Assembly: GCA_016188215.1 (NCBI GenBank)
Contig: JACPIF010000001.1
Coordinates: 5,923 to 69,922, forward strand
DNA: 64,000 bases
Direction: 5' to 3'
Source of the DNA: Candidatus Woesearchaeota archaeon
GTDB lineage: Archaea > Nanobdellota > Nanobdellia > Woesearchaeales > JACPIF01
Part shown: piece after piece, positions 47,912-58,900 of the stretch
How the letters are laid out: the number at the start of each line of letters is the position of its first letter
Numbering within the stretch: position 1 is the first letter of the stretch
The notes under the pieces: model-generated
What the model was told of the DNA's origin: nothing
What the model saw: only the letters and a program-made list of their open reading frames with translations
The model's database searches: none
Made by a program: the position numbers and the translations under genes

Positions 47912-48373
47912 ATGGTAGACAGCAGATTCAGCGAATTGGTAAAAGAGCTCGGCACAGAGCCTATGAAGATAGAAGTAAAAGAGCTTAGAGACGATAAGCC
48001 TGTTTCTCGTGATATCCTGCAGCAAAAACAGATTGAGCTGATGGTTGAGATGGCTGTCAAGAAGCTTGAGCTAAAGCTTGATGCATTGCGAGAGGAAATT
48101 GTTTCTGTTAAAAAAGAAGTTGAGCATGTAAAGGCAAGGCCTGCCCAGGTAGCGCAGCCAAGTCAAGTCCAATCTCAAATGCAGGATTCTATAAAAGTTC
48201 CGGATAATATCCCCGTAGAAGGTTTCATGCAGGTAAAGGCTCCCTCCAGGGATCCGATGAGTTCTACTGCAGAGCATTCTAAAGGAGAAGGCACGCAAGT
48301 GCATCCAAGGCTTGGAAACTACAAGACAGAAGATGTCTCTGTTGAGAAGTTCTTCAATTTCGGGAGAAAGTAA
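47912..48373 (+). CDS. Hypothetical coiled-coil protein
   Basis: 153-aa ORF, SD-less, separated by a short gap from the repeat protein. Confidence 0.35.
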   Translation: MVDSRFSELVKELGTEPMKIEVKELRDDKPVSRDILQQKQIELMVEMAVKKLELKLDALREEIVSVKKEVEHVKARPAQVAQPSQVQSQMQDSIKVPDNIPVEGFMQVKAPSRDPMSSTAEHSKGEGTQVHPRLGNYKTEDVSVEKFFNFGRK

Positions 48374-48395
48374 GAATTTAGCTATAAGCTATAAA

Positions 48396-48752
48396 TTAGG
48401 CATAACGTATCATATCTGCACTTAAACCTTCTGAGTGGTCTAACTGATCTTCTCTAACAACCACAGTAACCCCAATCGCTGGAAAATTTGCTGCATAAGC
48501 TCTTTGCAATCTTTCAGCAAAAGCTTCTTGGATTTTTCCTCTAACTGTAAAAATATCTATTTCTCTTACCCTTGGATGATATCTTACAATAAGAGGTCCA
48601 TACCCGCTTGGTTTAAGATGGACTTCACCACCATTGGGAAAAGCAGGATTAATCTCTTTCACATCAACAGAATCGATAGGAAACAATCTTTTTATAGTTG
48701 GCCTATCTGCCAATTCTCTAGCAACTTTTGCAAGGTCACTAATTTGAAACAT
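48396..48752 (-). CDS. Hypothetical protein
   Basis: 118-aa ORF between the coiled-coil gene and PCNA. Confidence 0.35.
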   Translation of the reverse strand: MFQISDLAKVARELADRPTIKRLFPIDSVDVKEINPAFPNGGEVHLKPSGYGPLIVRYHPRVREIDIFTVRGKIQEAFAERLQRAYAANFPAIGVTVVVREDQLDHSEGLSADMIRYA

Positions 48753-48767
48753 TTTTACAGTTTACTC

Positions 48768-49511
48768 CTAATCATTCTCCACCCTCGGAGCGAGGATAAA
48801 TGCCAGCTGCAACTTATCAACCAGATTGTATTCCAGCTTTAGAGGATAATCCTTGTTCATGCGGATTATCACGTTGTCTGTCAATTTAGCCGCGGAGATC
48901 ATCTTCTTGAGGTATTCAATTGAATATTTCGCCCTTACTTTGTCGTCTGCATCAAACTCAATCTTTGTCTCATCATCTGCCTTGACCTCTATCTTTGCCT
49001 GGCTTAAATCGCCCTCTCCCATTATAGTAAAGCGCTTTGGCTCCACTACAAAGCTGACTGATTCTGCAACTATATCAGCATCTTCAATTGCTTCGCTTAA
49101 TATTGCAGAGGAGGTAGTGATGCTTACCGGGAATTTCAGCTCAGGGATTTTCTGCTCCTTTTCTTCCAAGTCAATTATCGGCAATGAAAATGAGCGCAGG
49201 GTGCCGCCTTTCATTACAATGTCAAGCTTGTTATCGCCTATTTCCAGTGAAAGCATGTCTTCCGGCTTAACACGCCTAAGGATCTGCTTGAGGTTGCTCA
49301 GGTTGATGGCAATCTCCATCTCCTTGTCAATGTTGTATTCAGTAAAGCATGAAGAAAGCAAATTGAACATGACCATGGCAACATTTGCAGGGTCCATAGC
49401 TACAAGCTGCATGGAATTCTTGCCTATCCTGAACCTGCCTTCAGTAACTAGATCTGAGATAATGGAAACACTCTCTTTCAAAAAGCGCGGCTCTGCCAAT
49501 GTCAAACGCAT
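48768..49511 (-). CDS. pcn: DNA polymerase sliding clamp PCNA
   Basis: 247 aa with PCNA two-domain pattern (…SMQLVAMDPANVAMVMFNL…). Confidence 0.8.
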   Translation of the reverse strand: MRLTLAEPRFLKESVSIISDLVTEGRFRIGKNSMQLVAMDPANVAMVMFNLLSSCFTEYNIDKEMEIAINLSNLKQILRRVKPEDMLSLEIGDNKLDIVMKGGTLRSFSLPIIDLEEKEQKIPELKFPVSITTSSAILSEAIEDADIVAESVSFVVEPKRFTIMGEGDLSQAKIEVKADDETKIEFDADDKVRAKYSIEYLKKMISAAKLTDNVIIRMNKDYPLKLEYNLVDKLQLAFILAPRVEND

Positions 49512-49597
49512 ACTTCAACCCCCTATCACCTGTTCTCTGTAGGCTCCCTGTATAAATAAGCAGTATTTAATGCTTTTGCTTTCTCTGTGTCTTTGTC

Positions 49598-49800
49598 ATT
49601 TACTTACTAACGTGCAGTGCACCGCTTCGCGGACAGCGCTCGGATAAATCCTCGCGCACTGTGAACAGTTCCCGAACCACAATACACAGTGAATCATCGA
49701 AAATCCGTGATTTTCGAGGCTAGGAAATGCCCGCATTTCCTTTGATTCGGGGACCCAATCGCACCCCGGAGCCGAGGTTAATCTCGGCGACTAATTTCCC
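49598..49800. repeat. GC-rich modular hairpin repeat, copy D, between pcn and rnj
   Basis: catttactt…TGCACCGCttCGCGG…GCGCTCgga-taaa-tccTCGCGCACTGTGAACAGT, plus GGAAATGCccGCATTTCC, GATTCGGGGAC and TCGCACCCCGGAGC. Confidence 0.6.
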
Positions 49801-49820
49801 CATTATAGTTATTTCCTAAT

Positions 49821-51158
49821 TTAACTCAAGGTGATGCGCTGGCCATCCTTGAGAAGATGGATTGTTGCATTCGGCATGTAGCCCATTTCAGACGCAAGGT
49901 CAGAAGCAGCACGCAGCATCAAGGGAGTGCCATGCGCCGGGATAATATGCTTCGGCTTGACTATGTTTATCATGTCCCGCAAATCTTCCCTGGCAGCGTG
50001 ACCGGAGACGTGGATATCCTTGAAGATGCGGACCTTTGCCTGCCGCAGCTTCTCCTCTATAATCTCGCGGTTCCTGATATTGGTCTCAGTCGGGATAACT
50101 TTGCATGAGAAAATGACGTGGTCATCCGGCCTGAAATTGAAGTGCAGCTCCCGGTTGAGCATTTTTGATAGAATGGACGTCTGCTCGCCTTGGTGACCAG
50201 TCACCACAACCAGGAATTTATTGCGGTGGCGCTCAACCTCTTTCAGCTTCCTCTTAATATGCCTTGAATAGCGGATGATCTCTATGCCCTTGAAATCCAT
50301 GACGCCGCTGGATGCAGATGCCCTTGTATATTTCTCAAGGCTCCTGCCAAGGAAAAGGATGCGGCGATTCAACTTCTTCCCGCACTCAATGATGGATTTC
50401 AACCTGGCTATGTGAGATGAGAAAGTGGTCACAACAATTGCATTATCCTTTGACTTTGTGCCAAGTAAAACATCCTTGAGCATCTGCCTAGCTACACCTT
50501 CAGAAGGTGTCTTGATAGCGATGTTGGCATTAGTTGAGTCAAGGATCAATGCCAAGACCCCATGCCTGCCAAGCTCCTCAAGCCGCTTCAGGTTTGTCTT
50601 CTTGCCAACAATAGGAGAACGGTCAAACTTGAAATCAACTGCATAGAGAATAATGCCGTATGGGGTATGGAGGGCAATGACTGCAGTCTGCGGAGTGGAA
50701 TGGGTTATATGCACCAATTCAACTGTAATTGCATCTGAGACCTTATACTTGGAATTCGGATGGACTGTCTTGATAGGATTCCTTAATTGGAGCTTTTCCT
50801 CCTCAACAATTGTCTTGATGACTGCTGTTGTAAATGGAGTCCCTATCAATGGGGCATGGAAGCGGTTGCTTAAGAAAGGGATGGCGCCTACGTGGTCAAG
50901 GTGAGCATGGCTTGGAATAATCGCTTTAACCTGCTGCTGCCAATCTTCAATCGGCTCAAGATTTGGGATGGCGCCAACTTTAGTCAATTCATCAACATCA
51001 ACCTTGACAATATCCTCGTTCTCCGTGTAACGGATGTAATGCTCAAGATGCAGGCCCATGTCAAGGATAACGACTTCATTGTCTATCTTGATAGCAGTGC
51101 AATTCCTGCCTATATCTGAATATCCGCCGACTGCTGTTATCTGGATTGCCATTGTCAA
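49821..51158 (-). CDS. rnj: beta-CASP/MBL ribonuclease, archaeal RNase J-like
   Basis: HSHAHLDHVGAIPFL and a beta-CASP region. 445 aa with no KH domains, so RNase J-like rather than aCPSF1. Confidence 0.7.
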   Translation of the reverse strand: MTMAIQITAVGGYSDIGRNCTAIKIDNEVVILDMGLHLEHYIRYTENEDIVKVDVDELTKVGAIPNLEPIEDWQQQVKAIIPSHAHLDHVGAIPFLSNRFHAPLIGTPFTTAVIKTIVEEEKLQLRNPIKTVHPNSKYKVSDAITVELVHITHSTPQTAVIALHTPYGIILYAVDFKFDRSPIVGKKTNLKRLEELGRHGVLALILDSTNANIAIKTPSEGVARQMLKDVLLGTKSKDNAIVVTTFSSHIARLKSIIECGKKLNRRILFLGRSLEKYTRASASSGVMDFKGIEIIRYSRHIKRKLKEVERHRNKFLVVVTGHQGEQTSILSKMLNRELHFNFRPDDHVIFSCKVIPTETNIRNREIIEEKLRQAKVRIFKDIHVSGHAAREDLRDMINIVKPKHIIPAHGTPLMLRAASDLASEMGYMPNATIHLLKDGQRITLS

Positions 51159-51191
51159 ATGTTAATTTTAAATCAAAATGTAATTTACTTG

Positions 51192-51345
51192 CCTTTGCTA
51201 ATTTGCACCGCGCTGCGCGCGGATAGCGCTCGCCTAAAGTCGAGCGCACTGTGAACAGTCCGCCGTTATCGATGCACATCTGATGTTGGCGGACTCCCGT
51301 AACCACGGAGGTGACATTTATGTCACCGACTACCATGCTCGTTAC
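51192..51345. repeat. GC-rich modular hairpin repeat, copy E, between rnj and the tRNA
   Basis: aatttactt…TGCACCGCGCTgCGCGCGGATaGCGCTCG-cctaaagt-CGAGCGCACTGTGAACAGT, then CCGCC…GGCGG, and the perfect palindrome GGTGACATttATGTCACC. Confidence 0.6.
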
Positions 51346-51370
51346 CGTTGCATGCTCAATTACTATTAAA

Positions 51371-51477
51371 TGCGGGGAGCAGGTTTCGAACCTGCGTAGG
51401 CACTTAGCCATTAGCTCTTGAGGCTAACCCGTAAAGCCTTCCTTTTTAGGGGAATTTGGCCACTCCGGCATCCCCGC
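51371..51477 (-). tRNA. tRNA-like gene, 107 nt, probably intron-containing. Isotype unresolved.
   Basis: Minus-strand acceptor GCGGGGA/TCCCCGC plus discriminator A. T-arm GCAGG-TTCGAAA-CCTGC. D-arm GGAG-TGGCCAAA-TTCC with a 4-nt 8/9 spacer. About 32 nt in excess of a standard tRNA. Confidence 0.5.
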
Positions 51478-51527
51478 GCAGGAATGCTGATTACAGCTTT
51501 ATTTAAAAAGCTTATCCACGCTTTGGT

Positions 51528-51890
51528 CTAAGAAAGCTTGTTCAGCCTGCCTTCAATAAAACTGAGTTCCTGCTCAAGCTTCTCTATTTCATTCAATTCC
51601 TTTTTAGAAATCTTATTCTTGGCCTGCTTTTTGGTTTCTTGTATAGGGATGCGCTCAGGCAGCTTTAAGCCTGCTTTAGGGAACTGCGCCTTTAGATCCG
51701 TGTTCAGCTTGTCTATCTCCTCAAAGATGTGCCTTAACTCAAGGGTAAGCTTTACCTTCTCTTCCCTGATAGGCTTTAATTCCTCATACCGCTGTAGCTG
51801 GCGTATGATCTCCTTGGCGCATTCCAGGGTGCTTTTTCTGGCCTGCACTGGCTCAGGAATGCCTACAAAAAGGCTGTAATCCTCAGCCAT
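51528..51890 (-). CDS. Coiled-coil protein
   Basis: 120 aa, heptad-rich, last of three tandem coiled-coil genes. Confidence 0.4.
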   Translation of the reverse strand: MAEDYSLFVGIPEPVQARKSTLECAKEIIRQLQRYEELKPIREEKVKLTLELRHIFEEIDKLNTDLKAQFPKAGLKLPERIPIQETKKQAKNKISKKELNEIEKLEQELSFIEGRLNKLS

Positions 51891-51892
51891 CT

Positions 51893-52126
51893 TCAGAATC
51901 CCTCTGGCTCATAGAGGTTGTCATCAATCTCGCCCAACTTCTTTTCTATCTCAGCCAGGCCGGACTGCCAACTTGACAGCTCGGCATCTTCCTGCTGCTT
52001 TAACTGATTAACCTTTTCCAGGGTCTTCTTGGCCTGCTCTATCTTTAATTTCAGGAGCTCAATAATCTCGCGGATATCCTTGTACTCTTCTATCTTGATG
52101 AATACTGGCATGTTTTTGTCTTTCAT
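51893..52126 (-). CDS. Small coiled-coil protein, paralogous to the C-domain of 52136..52657
   Basis: MPVFIKIEEYKDIREIIELLKLKIEQAKK resembles VPVFVKIDEYRNILENINTIRNKIKESD in the neighbour. Confidence 0.4.
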   Translation of the reverse strand: MKDKNMPVFIKIEEYKDIREIIELLKLKIEQAKKTLEKVNQLKQQEDAELSSWQSGLAEIEKKLGEIDDNLYEPEGF

Positions 52127-52135
52127 AAAAACACC

Positions 52136-52657
52136 TTACGACTTTACCTTATCCTCAAAAACTACCTTGTCTATGTAGAGCAGCTTGCGCTGCATCTCCT
52201 CAAGATCCTCGCGCCATTTCTCAAACTCAGCCTCTACCTTTGTGCGGAGGTCGCCTAAAGCCTCAACTACGTAATCACTTTCCTTGATCTTGTTCCTTAT
52301 TGTATTAATATTTTCAAGTATGTTGCGGTACTCATCAATCTTGACAAACACCGGAACATCTTTTTTTGGGATAGTCTCAGGAACAGGTATTTGTTTGGGC
52401 TCATCGGTTTTCACTTGTAATTCCTGCTTTGGCATGACTTCTAAAGGAGGCAAGGGGAATTCCTCATTCTCTAGAGAAGGTATCTCGTAGCTCTTTGGCT
52501 CTGGAACTTCTGTGTTCTCTATAGGCGGCAAATCCGGTAATGGAGGAAGCGTTAGATCGCCCTGCGGCATATCCTGCTGCTCAAGAAGCTCAGGAGGCGG
52601 AGGAGGCGGTAAATCAATCTCTTTCTGCTTCCTCTTGAAAATATCAAGTACCCCCAT
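52136..52657 (-). CDS. Proline-rich plus coiled-coil protein
   Basis: Pro-rich N-terminal half (PPPPPPELL…LPPLPDLPP) followed by the same PVFxKIxEY module as the neighbouring gene. Confidence 0.4.
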   Translation of the reverse strand: MGVLDIFKRKQKEIDLPPPPPPELLEQQDMPQGDLTLPPLPDLPPIENTEVPEPKSYEIPSLENEEFPLPPLEVMPKQELQVKTDEPKQIPVPETIPKKDVPVFVKIDEYRNILENINTIRNKIKESDYVVEALGDLRTKVEAEFEKWREDLEEMQRKLLYIDKVVFEDKVKS

Positions 52658-52729
52658 TTATGCCCCTTTTCACATGAAACTGTGTGAATACTAGAAGTAT
52701 TGAGAAGGATATTATAAAGCTTTTTGGTG

Positions 52730-54118
52730 TTATCTGCTAGTAGCAAAAGATTCTTTACCAAGACCCCTTCCGCCAAAACATTTTATACAGTAGAAATCAT
52801 TAGGAGCAGGAGCAACCTGTAACATCCCATTAAGGCTTAGATATCCCAAGCTTGTTGCACTAAGATGTTCTCTTATAGCTTCAGTATCACTATTCAATCT
52901 ATAAGCCAAAAGTTTCTCTTTGACCGGGGTATCTATACCTAAATCACAAATATCTATATAAGGTGGGGATGCAATTCTTACATGCACCTCAAGTGCTCCA
53001 GTCTCAAACAACTGCTTGACAATTCTTGGCATTGTTGTGCCCCTTACTATTGAATCATCAACAAGCACAATCCTTTTACCCCTTATCTTTTCAGAGTCTG
53101 GAACCAATTTCATATCTACACCTTTTTCTCTATCCTCCTGGTCATACATTTGAAACGTTCTTTTTACCAAAGAGTTATAAATAAACCCAGAAGGCTCAAA
53201 ACGTATTCCAGATTGTGCTGCATATCCCTGACTGGCTCTCATCCCTGACATAAGTACAGGCACTACAATATCTGCTTCAGCAGGATGCTCAATCGCGAGC
53301 TGCATGCCAGTATGCTCTCTGAACTTGCCTACTGAAGAACCTTCGAAGATGTAGCTGTCTGGTCTGCTCATATAAACTAAATCAAAAACACACCGGTATC
53401 TTTCTTTAGGCTCAAACAATTGTGTTTTCCTAACTTTCTTTTCATCAATAATAATCATCTGACCCGGTTTAATATCATCACAGTATTCAACACCTGTCCT
53501 TTTAAAAGGACTTGTTTCTGAGGCTATTACCCATCCTCCATTCCCCTTTATCTTTCCCAAGCATAACGGCCTGTTTTCATGAGGATCCCGTATTGCAATA
53601 AGCTTACCTTCACCAGCTAAAATAAGTGAATATGATCCGTAAATCTCTGAAGAACCCTCAATGTATTCCAAAGCATCTGCTATTCTTCTTTCAAGAGTGC
53701 CTTTGTTTGACATTTTTATCATTTCAAATAGTAGACGAGAATCACTAAAACCCTTATCCTTCACAGCAGAAAAGAGCGTGTCCATGACATTAGAGGAAAA
53801 ATTTAATTGACCATTGTGCGCAAGGGCGAATTCTTCATTGTGAATAGGCTGCAAATTCTCAGTCGGAGATTTTCCATCTGCATTGGGTTCTACAGTAGTA
53901 TACCTTGTATGGCCAACAGCAATTGTACCATTTAATCCCGCTATTATATCTCTGTTAAAAACTTCTGTAACTGCACCAGGACCTTTGTGCGATTTAACTA
54001 ATCCATCCACAAGAGCAGCTAAACCAGCACCTTGCGGACCCCTATGGTAAAGGTCAACCAGCATATTAAAAGCTATAAAAGAAGCATCATGACTACTAAC
54101 CCCAACCACACCACACAT
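52730..54118 (-). CDS. purF: Amidophosphoribosyltransferase (class II GATase plus PRTase)
   Basis: N-terminal MCGVVGV (Ntn-Cys). PRTase motif IVLVDDSIVRGTTM. Confidence 0.7.
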   Translation of the reverse strand: MCGVVGVSSHDASFIAFNMLVDLYHRGPQGAGLAALVDGLVKSHKGPGAVTEVFNRDIIAGLNGTIAVGHTRYTTVEPNADGKSPTENLQPIHNEEFALAHNGQLNFSSNVMDTLFSAVKDKGFSDSRLLFEMIKMSNKGTLERRIADALEYIEGSSEIYGSYSLILAGEGKLIAIRDPHENRPLCLGKIKGNGGWVIASETSPFKRTGVEYCDDIKPGQMIIIDEKKVRKTQLFEPKERYRCVFDLVYMSRPDSYIFEGSSVGKFREHTGMQLAIEHPAEADIVVPVLMSGMRASQGYAAQSGIRFEPSGFIYNSLVKRTFQMYDQEDREKGVDMKLVPDSEKIRGKRIVLVDDSIVRGTTMPRIVKQLFETGALEVHVRIASPPYIDICDLGIDTPVKEKLLAYRLNSDTEAIREHLSATSLGYLSLNGMLQVAPAPNDFYCIKCFGGRGLGKESFATSR

Positions 54119-54337
54119 GATATTTTAACGGGTTAAAAGGCGGGGGTATAAATTGATTTCGGAAAAATCAGGGCAATTGTGTAATTTTCCCTCTTTGCTT
54201 TGAAGATAAACACAAACATTTATAAAGAAAATATGTTCCCGGAAGTTGGTACTTCTGAGATTGCCTTAGGCAGTGTTATTTGATTCTGCCGTCGTGGTAT
54301 AGCCTGCGGTTGCACAATCTATTTAAATGAGCGCTTA

Positions 54338-55426
54338 TTGTTCTCTTTTTTTAGGATGCTGGACACAAGTAAAGCTGCACAATTAGTTCTTGATGATGGC
54401 TCTGTTTTTCCCGGCATATCCTTCGGCGCTGACAAATCTGTTTCAGGCGAAGTCGTGTTCAATACAGGAATGACAGGGTATCCTGAATCTTTTACCGATC
54501 CTTCTTACAGAGGGCAGATCCTTGTCCTGACATACCCCTTGATAGGAAACTACGGTGTGCCTGGAATTGACAAGGAGCATAACCTGCTGAAATTTTTTGA
54601 ATCTGACAAGGTCCATATCCGCGCACTGATAATATCTGACTACTCAAACAACCACAACCACTGGAATTCCCGGAAAAGCCTGGCTGCATGGCTGCAGGAG
54701 CATAACATCCCTGCGCTGCATGGCATTGACACAAGAAGCCTGACGCAGAAATTAAGGGAGAAGGGCGTGATGCTGGGCAAGCTGGTGAATGGAACTGACG
54801 TGAGGCTTGAGGACCCAAACAAAAGAAATCTTGTTGATGAGGTCAGCATAGAGCGAAAGCAGATTTATGAGGCAGGGAAAAAGAGAGTACTGCTGATTGA
54901 CTGCGGAGTCAAGTACAGCATAATAAGGAATTTATTGGCGCGGAATGTGACCGTAATCAGGGTGCCGTGGGATTATGATTACAGCAGGGAGCGCTATGAT
55001 GGAATTGTGATCTCTAATGGGCCAGGGGATCCAAAGATGTGCAAGGCAACTATAGAAAATGTCAGGCAGTCAATAAAAGAAAAGATTCCAATCCTTGGCA
55101 TCTGCCTGGGCAACCAGATCCTTGCATTGGCAGCAGGCGCAAACACCTACAAGCTCAAGTACGGGCATAGAAGCCAGAACCAGCCATGCATTGACCTGGA
55201 AACAGGGAGGTGCTACATAACCTCGCAGAATCATGGGTATGCAGTTGACACAAAGTCACTTGGAAAGGACTGGAAGCCCTGGTTTGTGAATGCGAATGAT
55301 AATACGAATGAGGGGATGCGGCACAAGAGGCTGCCGTTCATGAGCTGTCAATTTCACCCAGAAGCGTATCCAGGGCCAGTTGATACAAACTTTATTTTTG
55401 ACAGGTTTTTGAGGATGGTGAAATGA
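54338..55426 (+). CDS. carA: Carbamoyl-phosphate synthase small (glutaminase) subunit
   Basis: CarA N-domain plus class I GATase (GICLGNQ, HGYAV). Confidence 0.85.
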   Translation: MFSFFRMLDTSKAAQLVLDDGSVFPGISFGADKSVSGEVVFNTGMTGYPESFTDPSYRGQILVLTYPLIGNYGVPGIDKEHNLLKFFESDKVHIRALIISDYSNNHNHWNSRKSLAAWLQEHNIPALHGIDTRSLTQKLREKGVMLGKLVNGTDVRLEDPNKRNLVDEVSIERKQIYEAGKKRVLLIDCGVKYSIIRNLLARNVTVIRVPWDYDYSRERYDGIVISNGPGDPKMCKATIENVRQSIKEKIPILGICLGNQILALAAGANTYKLKYGHRSQNQPCIDLETGRCYITSQNHGYAVDTKSLGKDWKPWFVNANDNTNEGMRHKRLPFMSCQFHPEAYPGPVDTNFIFDRFLRMVK

Positions 55427-55427
55427 A

Positions 55428-55937
55428 ATGAGACAAGAATATGTGTACCATGTTGATGAAAACGATAAGGTACTTGGAAAAGTGACCAGGAAGGAGATGC
55501 GCGAGAAGAATCTTCTTCATAGGAGCACCTTCATTCTCGTCTTCAATACGAAAGGCGAGCTTTTGGTTCATAAAAGGACCATGACAAAAGATATTTTCCC
55601 TGGTTACTATGCCTTATGCGTAGGAGGAACTGTCTCGTATGGTGAAAAGTATGAAGAATCAGCATATAGAGAAGCACAGGAAGAGATTGGAGCTCAAGAT
55701 GCAGATTTGAAATTCTTATTCAAATTTAAGTTTGATAATCCAAAAATAACACGAGTATATGGCTATGTATTCTCTCTTATCTACAACAGGCCGTTGAAAT
55801 TGCAAAAAGAAGAACTCGCCTATGCAACATTTATGCCAATCAAAGAAGTTAAAGAACTGATGAAAAAAGAAAGCGTATGTCCTGATGATATAGAAATATT
55901 CAACAAATATCTCAAAGAGTTCCATGGCAAAAAATAA
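55428..55937 (+). CDS. Nudix hydrolase embedded between carA and carB
   Basis: Nudix box CVGGTVSYGEKYEESAYREAQEEIGA. 1-nt gap after carA and 14-nt overlap with carB. Confidence 0.65.
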   Translation: MRQEYVYHVDENDKVLGKVTRKEMREKNLLHRSTFILVFNTKGELLVHKRTMTKDIFPGYYALCVGGTVSYGEKYEESAYREAQEEIGAQDADLKFLFKFKFDNPKITRVYGYVFSLIYNRPLKLQKEELAYATFMPIKEVKELMKKESVCPDDIEIFNKYLKEFHGKK

Positions 55938-58900
55938 ACAAAAGCCAAAAATCAACAAGCCGAAGAAAGTCCTAATCCTAGGATCAGGGGCATTGAAAAT
56001 AGGTGAGGCGGGGGAATTCGATTATTCTGGAAGCCAATGCCTCAAGGCGCTGAAGGAAGAGGGAATTAAAACTGTACTGGTAAATCCGAACATAGCAACT
56101 ATCCAGACCAGCGAAGGGATGGCAGACACGGTTTATTTCCTGCCTGTAACCCCTTATTTCGTTGAAAAAATCATCAAGAAAGAAAGGCCGGATGCAATCC
56201 TGCTTGGATTTGGCGGGCAGACTGCCCTGAACTGCGGCCTGGAGCTGGATGCGCAGGGCATCCTAAAGAAATACAATGTCAAGGTGCTCGGCACTTCAAT
56301 AAAGGCTATCAGGCTGACTGAAGACAGGAAGCTATTCTCGGAATTCCTTAAAAGCATAGATGTAAAGACTCCGAAAAGCAGGACTGCAACAAATATTGAA
56401 CAGGCCTCACAAGTTGCGCAAAAGCTTGGTTATCCTATAATGGTGCGCTCCGGATTCGCGCTCGGTGGCCTTGGATCAGGCGTTGCCAGGAACCAGGAAG
56501 GGCTCAAGCTGCTTGCGGCAAAGGCATTAGCCTATTCTAAACAGATACTTGTAGAGGAATACCTGCACGGCTGGAAAGAGATAGAGTACGAGGTTGTCAG
56601 GGACAGCAAGGACAACTGCATCACAGTCTGCAACATGGAGAATTTTGATCCGATGGGAATACATACAGGGGAGAGCATAGTTGTAGCGCCCTCGCAGACG
56701 CTGACGAACCATGAATACCATAAACTGCGCCAAATCTCCATACACGTCATCCGCAGTCTAGGCATTGTGGGAGAGTGCAACATACAGTTTGCGTTTGACC
56801 CGCATTCAGAAGATTATAGGGTGATAGAAGTTAATGCAAGGCTTTCGCGCTCATCTGCGCTTGCATCCAAGGCAACAGGATACCCGCTCGCGTTCATCGC
56901 TGCAAAGCTTGCGCTAGGCTATTCTTTGAGCGAGCTTGACAATTCAATCACCAAGAAAACAAAAGCATGCTTTGAGCCTGCGCTTGACTATGTGGTGCTC
57001 AAGATACCCAGGTGGGACATGCAGAAGTTCAGGGAGGTTGATACAAAGATAGGGAGCGAGATGAAATCAGTAGGGGAAGTAATGGCCATCGGCAGGAAGT
57101 TTGAAGAAGTCCTGCAGAAGGCGCTGCGCATGCTTTCCATCGGGGTTGAGGGATTGGCATGCAATGCGCTGCAGTTTGACGATCTGGAGCACGAACTTGA
57201 GAATCCTACTGATAGGAGAATATTTGCTATTGCGCAGGCCTTCAAGGAAGGGATGCCTGTTGATGCAATCTATGCACTCTCACGGATTGACAAGTGGTTC
57301 CTGTACAAGATCAAGCATATCGTGGACATGGAGCACAACCTCAAGATGTACAGCCTGAGCAAAGAGCTATTGCTCAAGGCAAAGCAGCTGGGCTTCTCTG
57401 ACAATCAGATTGCGCTGCTAAAGGGAAAATCAGAGCTTGAGATAAGGCAGCAGCGGAAACAGCTCGGTGTCATGCCTTTTGTCAGGCAAATAGACACGCT
57501 GGGAGCCGAGTATCCTGCATCCACTAATTACCTCTACATGACATATAACTCCGGGCAGCATGATGCACTGCCATTGAAGCAGAAGGCTGCCATAGTTCTT
57601 GGCTCAGGAGCATACCGCATCGGAAGCTCGGTTGAATTCGACTGGTGCTGCGTCAATGCAGTGCTCACGCTACAACAGCTAGGCTACAAGACCATCATGA
57701 TAAATTATAATCCCGAGACTGTCTCAACGGACTATGACATCTGCGACAAGCTGTATTTTGAAGAGCTGAGCCTTGAGCGCGTGCTTGACATCTACGAGTA
57801 TGAGCAGCCATCAGGAGTCATCGTATCAATGGGAGGGCAGATACCAAATAATATTGCCCTGAAGCTGCACAATCAAAATGTCAAGATATTCGGGACAAGC
57901 CCCGTCAATATTGACCGGGCAGAAGACAGGCATAAATTCTCACAGCTTATGGATACACTTCATATTGAGCAGCCTGCCTGGAAAGAGGTGACAACTGTAG
58001 AGGATGCAAAGCGGTTTGCAGAGACCGTCGGCTATCCTTTGCTGGTGAGGCCAAGCTATGTACTAAGCGGCTCAGCCATGAGCGTCGTGTTTGAGGAAAA
58101 AAGGCTGATTGAGTATATCAAGAAGGCAGCCGACATCTCACGGGAGCATCCTGTCGTCATAACAAAGTTCATTGAGAATGCGAAGGAGATTGAGATAGAC
58201 GCGGTTGCGAACAAGGGAGCATTGGCGGCGTATGCCATTACAGAGCATATTGAAAATGCAGGAGTGCATTCAGGCGATGCAACCTTGGTGCTGCCTGCGC
58301 AGCGGCTGTACGCAGAAACAGCCAGGAAAATACTGGATTACTCATCAAAGATAGCGCAGTCGCTGCAGATTACTGGGCCGTTCAATATGCAATTCCTTGC
58401 CATAGACAATGATGTCAAGATCATAGAATGCAACCTTCGCGCATCCCGCAGCTTCCCGTTTGTGTCAAAAGTCATGAAGCGTAACTTCATTGACATTGCA
58501 ACCAAGACCATGCTCGGCAAGCCCATTCCTCCTTTCAAGAATGGGAAATTAAGCTATGTGGGCGTCAAGGCACCGCAATTCTCATTTACCAGGCTCAAGG
58601 GGGCAGATCCCGTGCTCGGTGTGGAGATGTCTTCTACCGGCGAGGTAGGATGCCTTGGGAAGGATTTGAACGAGGCGTTCCTAAAAGCCATACTTGCGGT
58701 CGGCTTCCGCCTGCCTAAGAAAACTGTGCTGCTGTCAACCGGACCACTTAAAACAAAACTGCACCTACTTGAGGCGTGCACGCATTTCAAGGAGCTCGGA
58801 TTCACGCTGCTTGCGACTGAAGGCACGCACAAGTTCCTCAAAGAGCACAGGATACCTGCAACAAGGGTATACTGGCCGCTTGACAAGAAGCAGCCGAATG

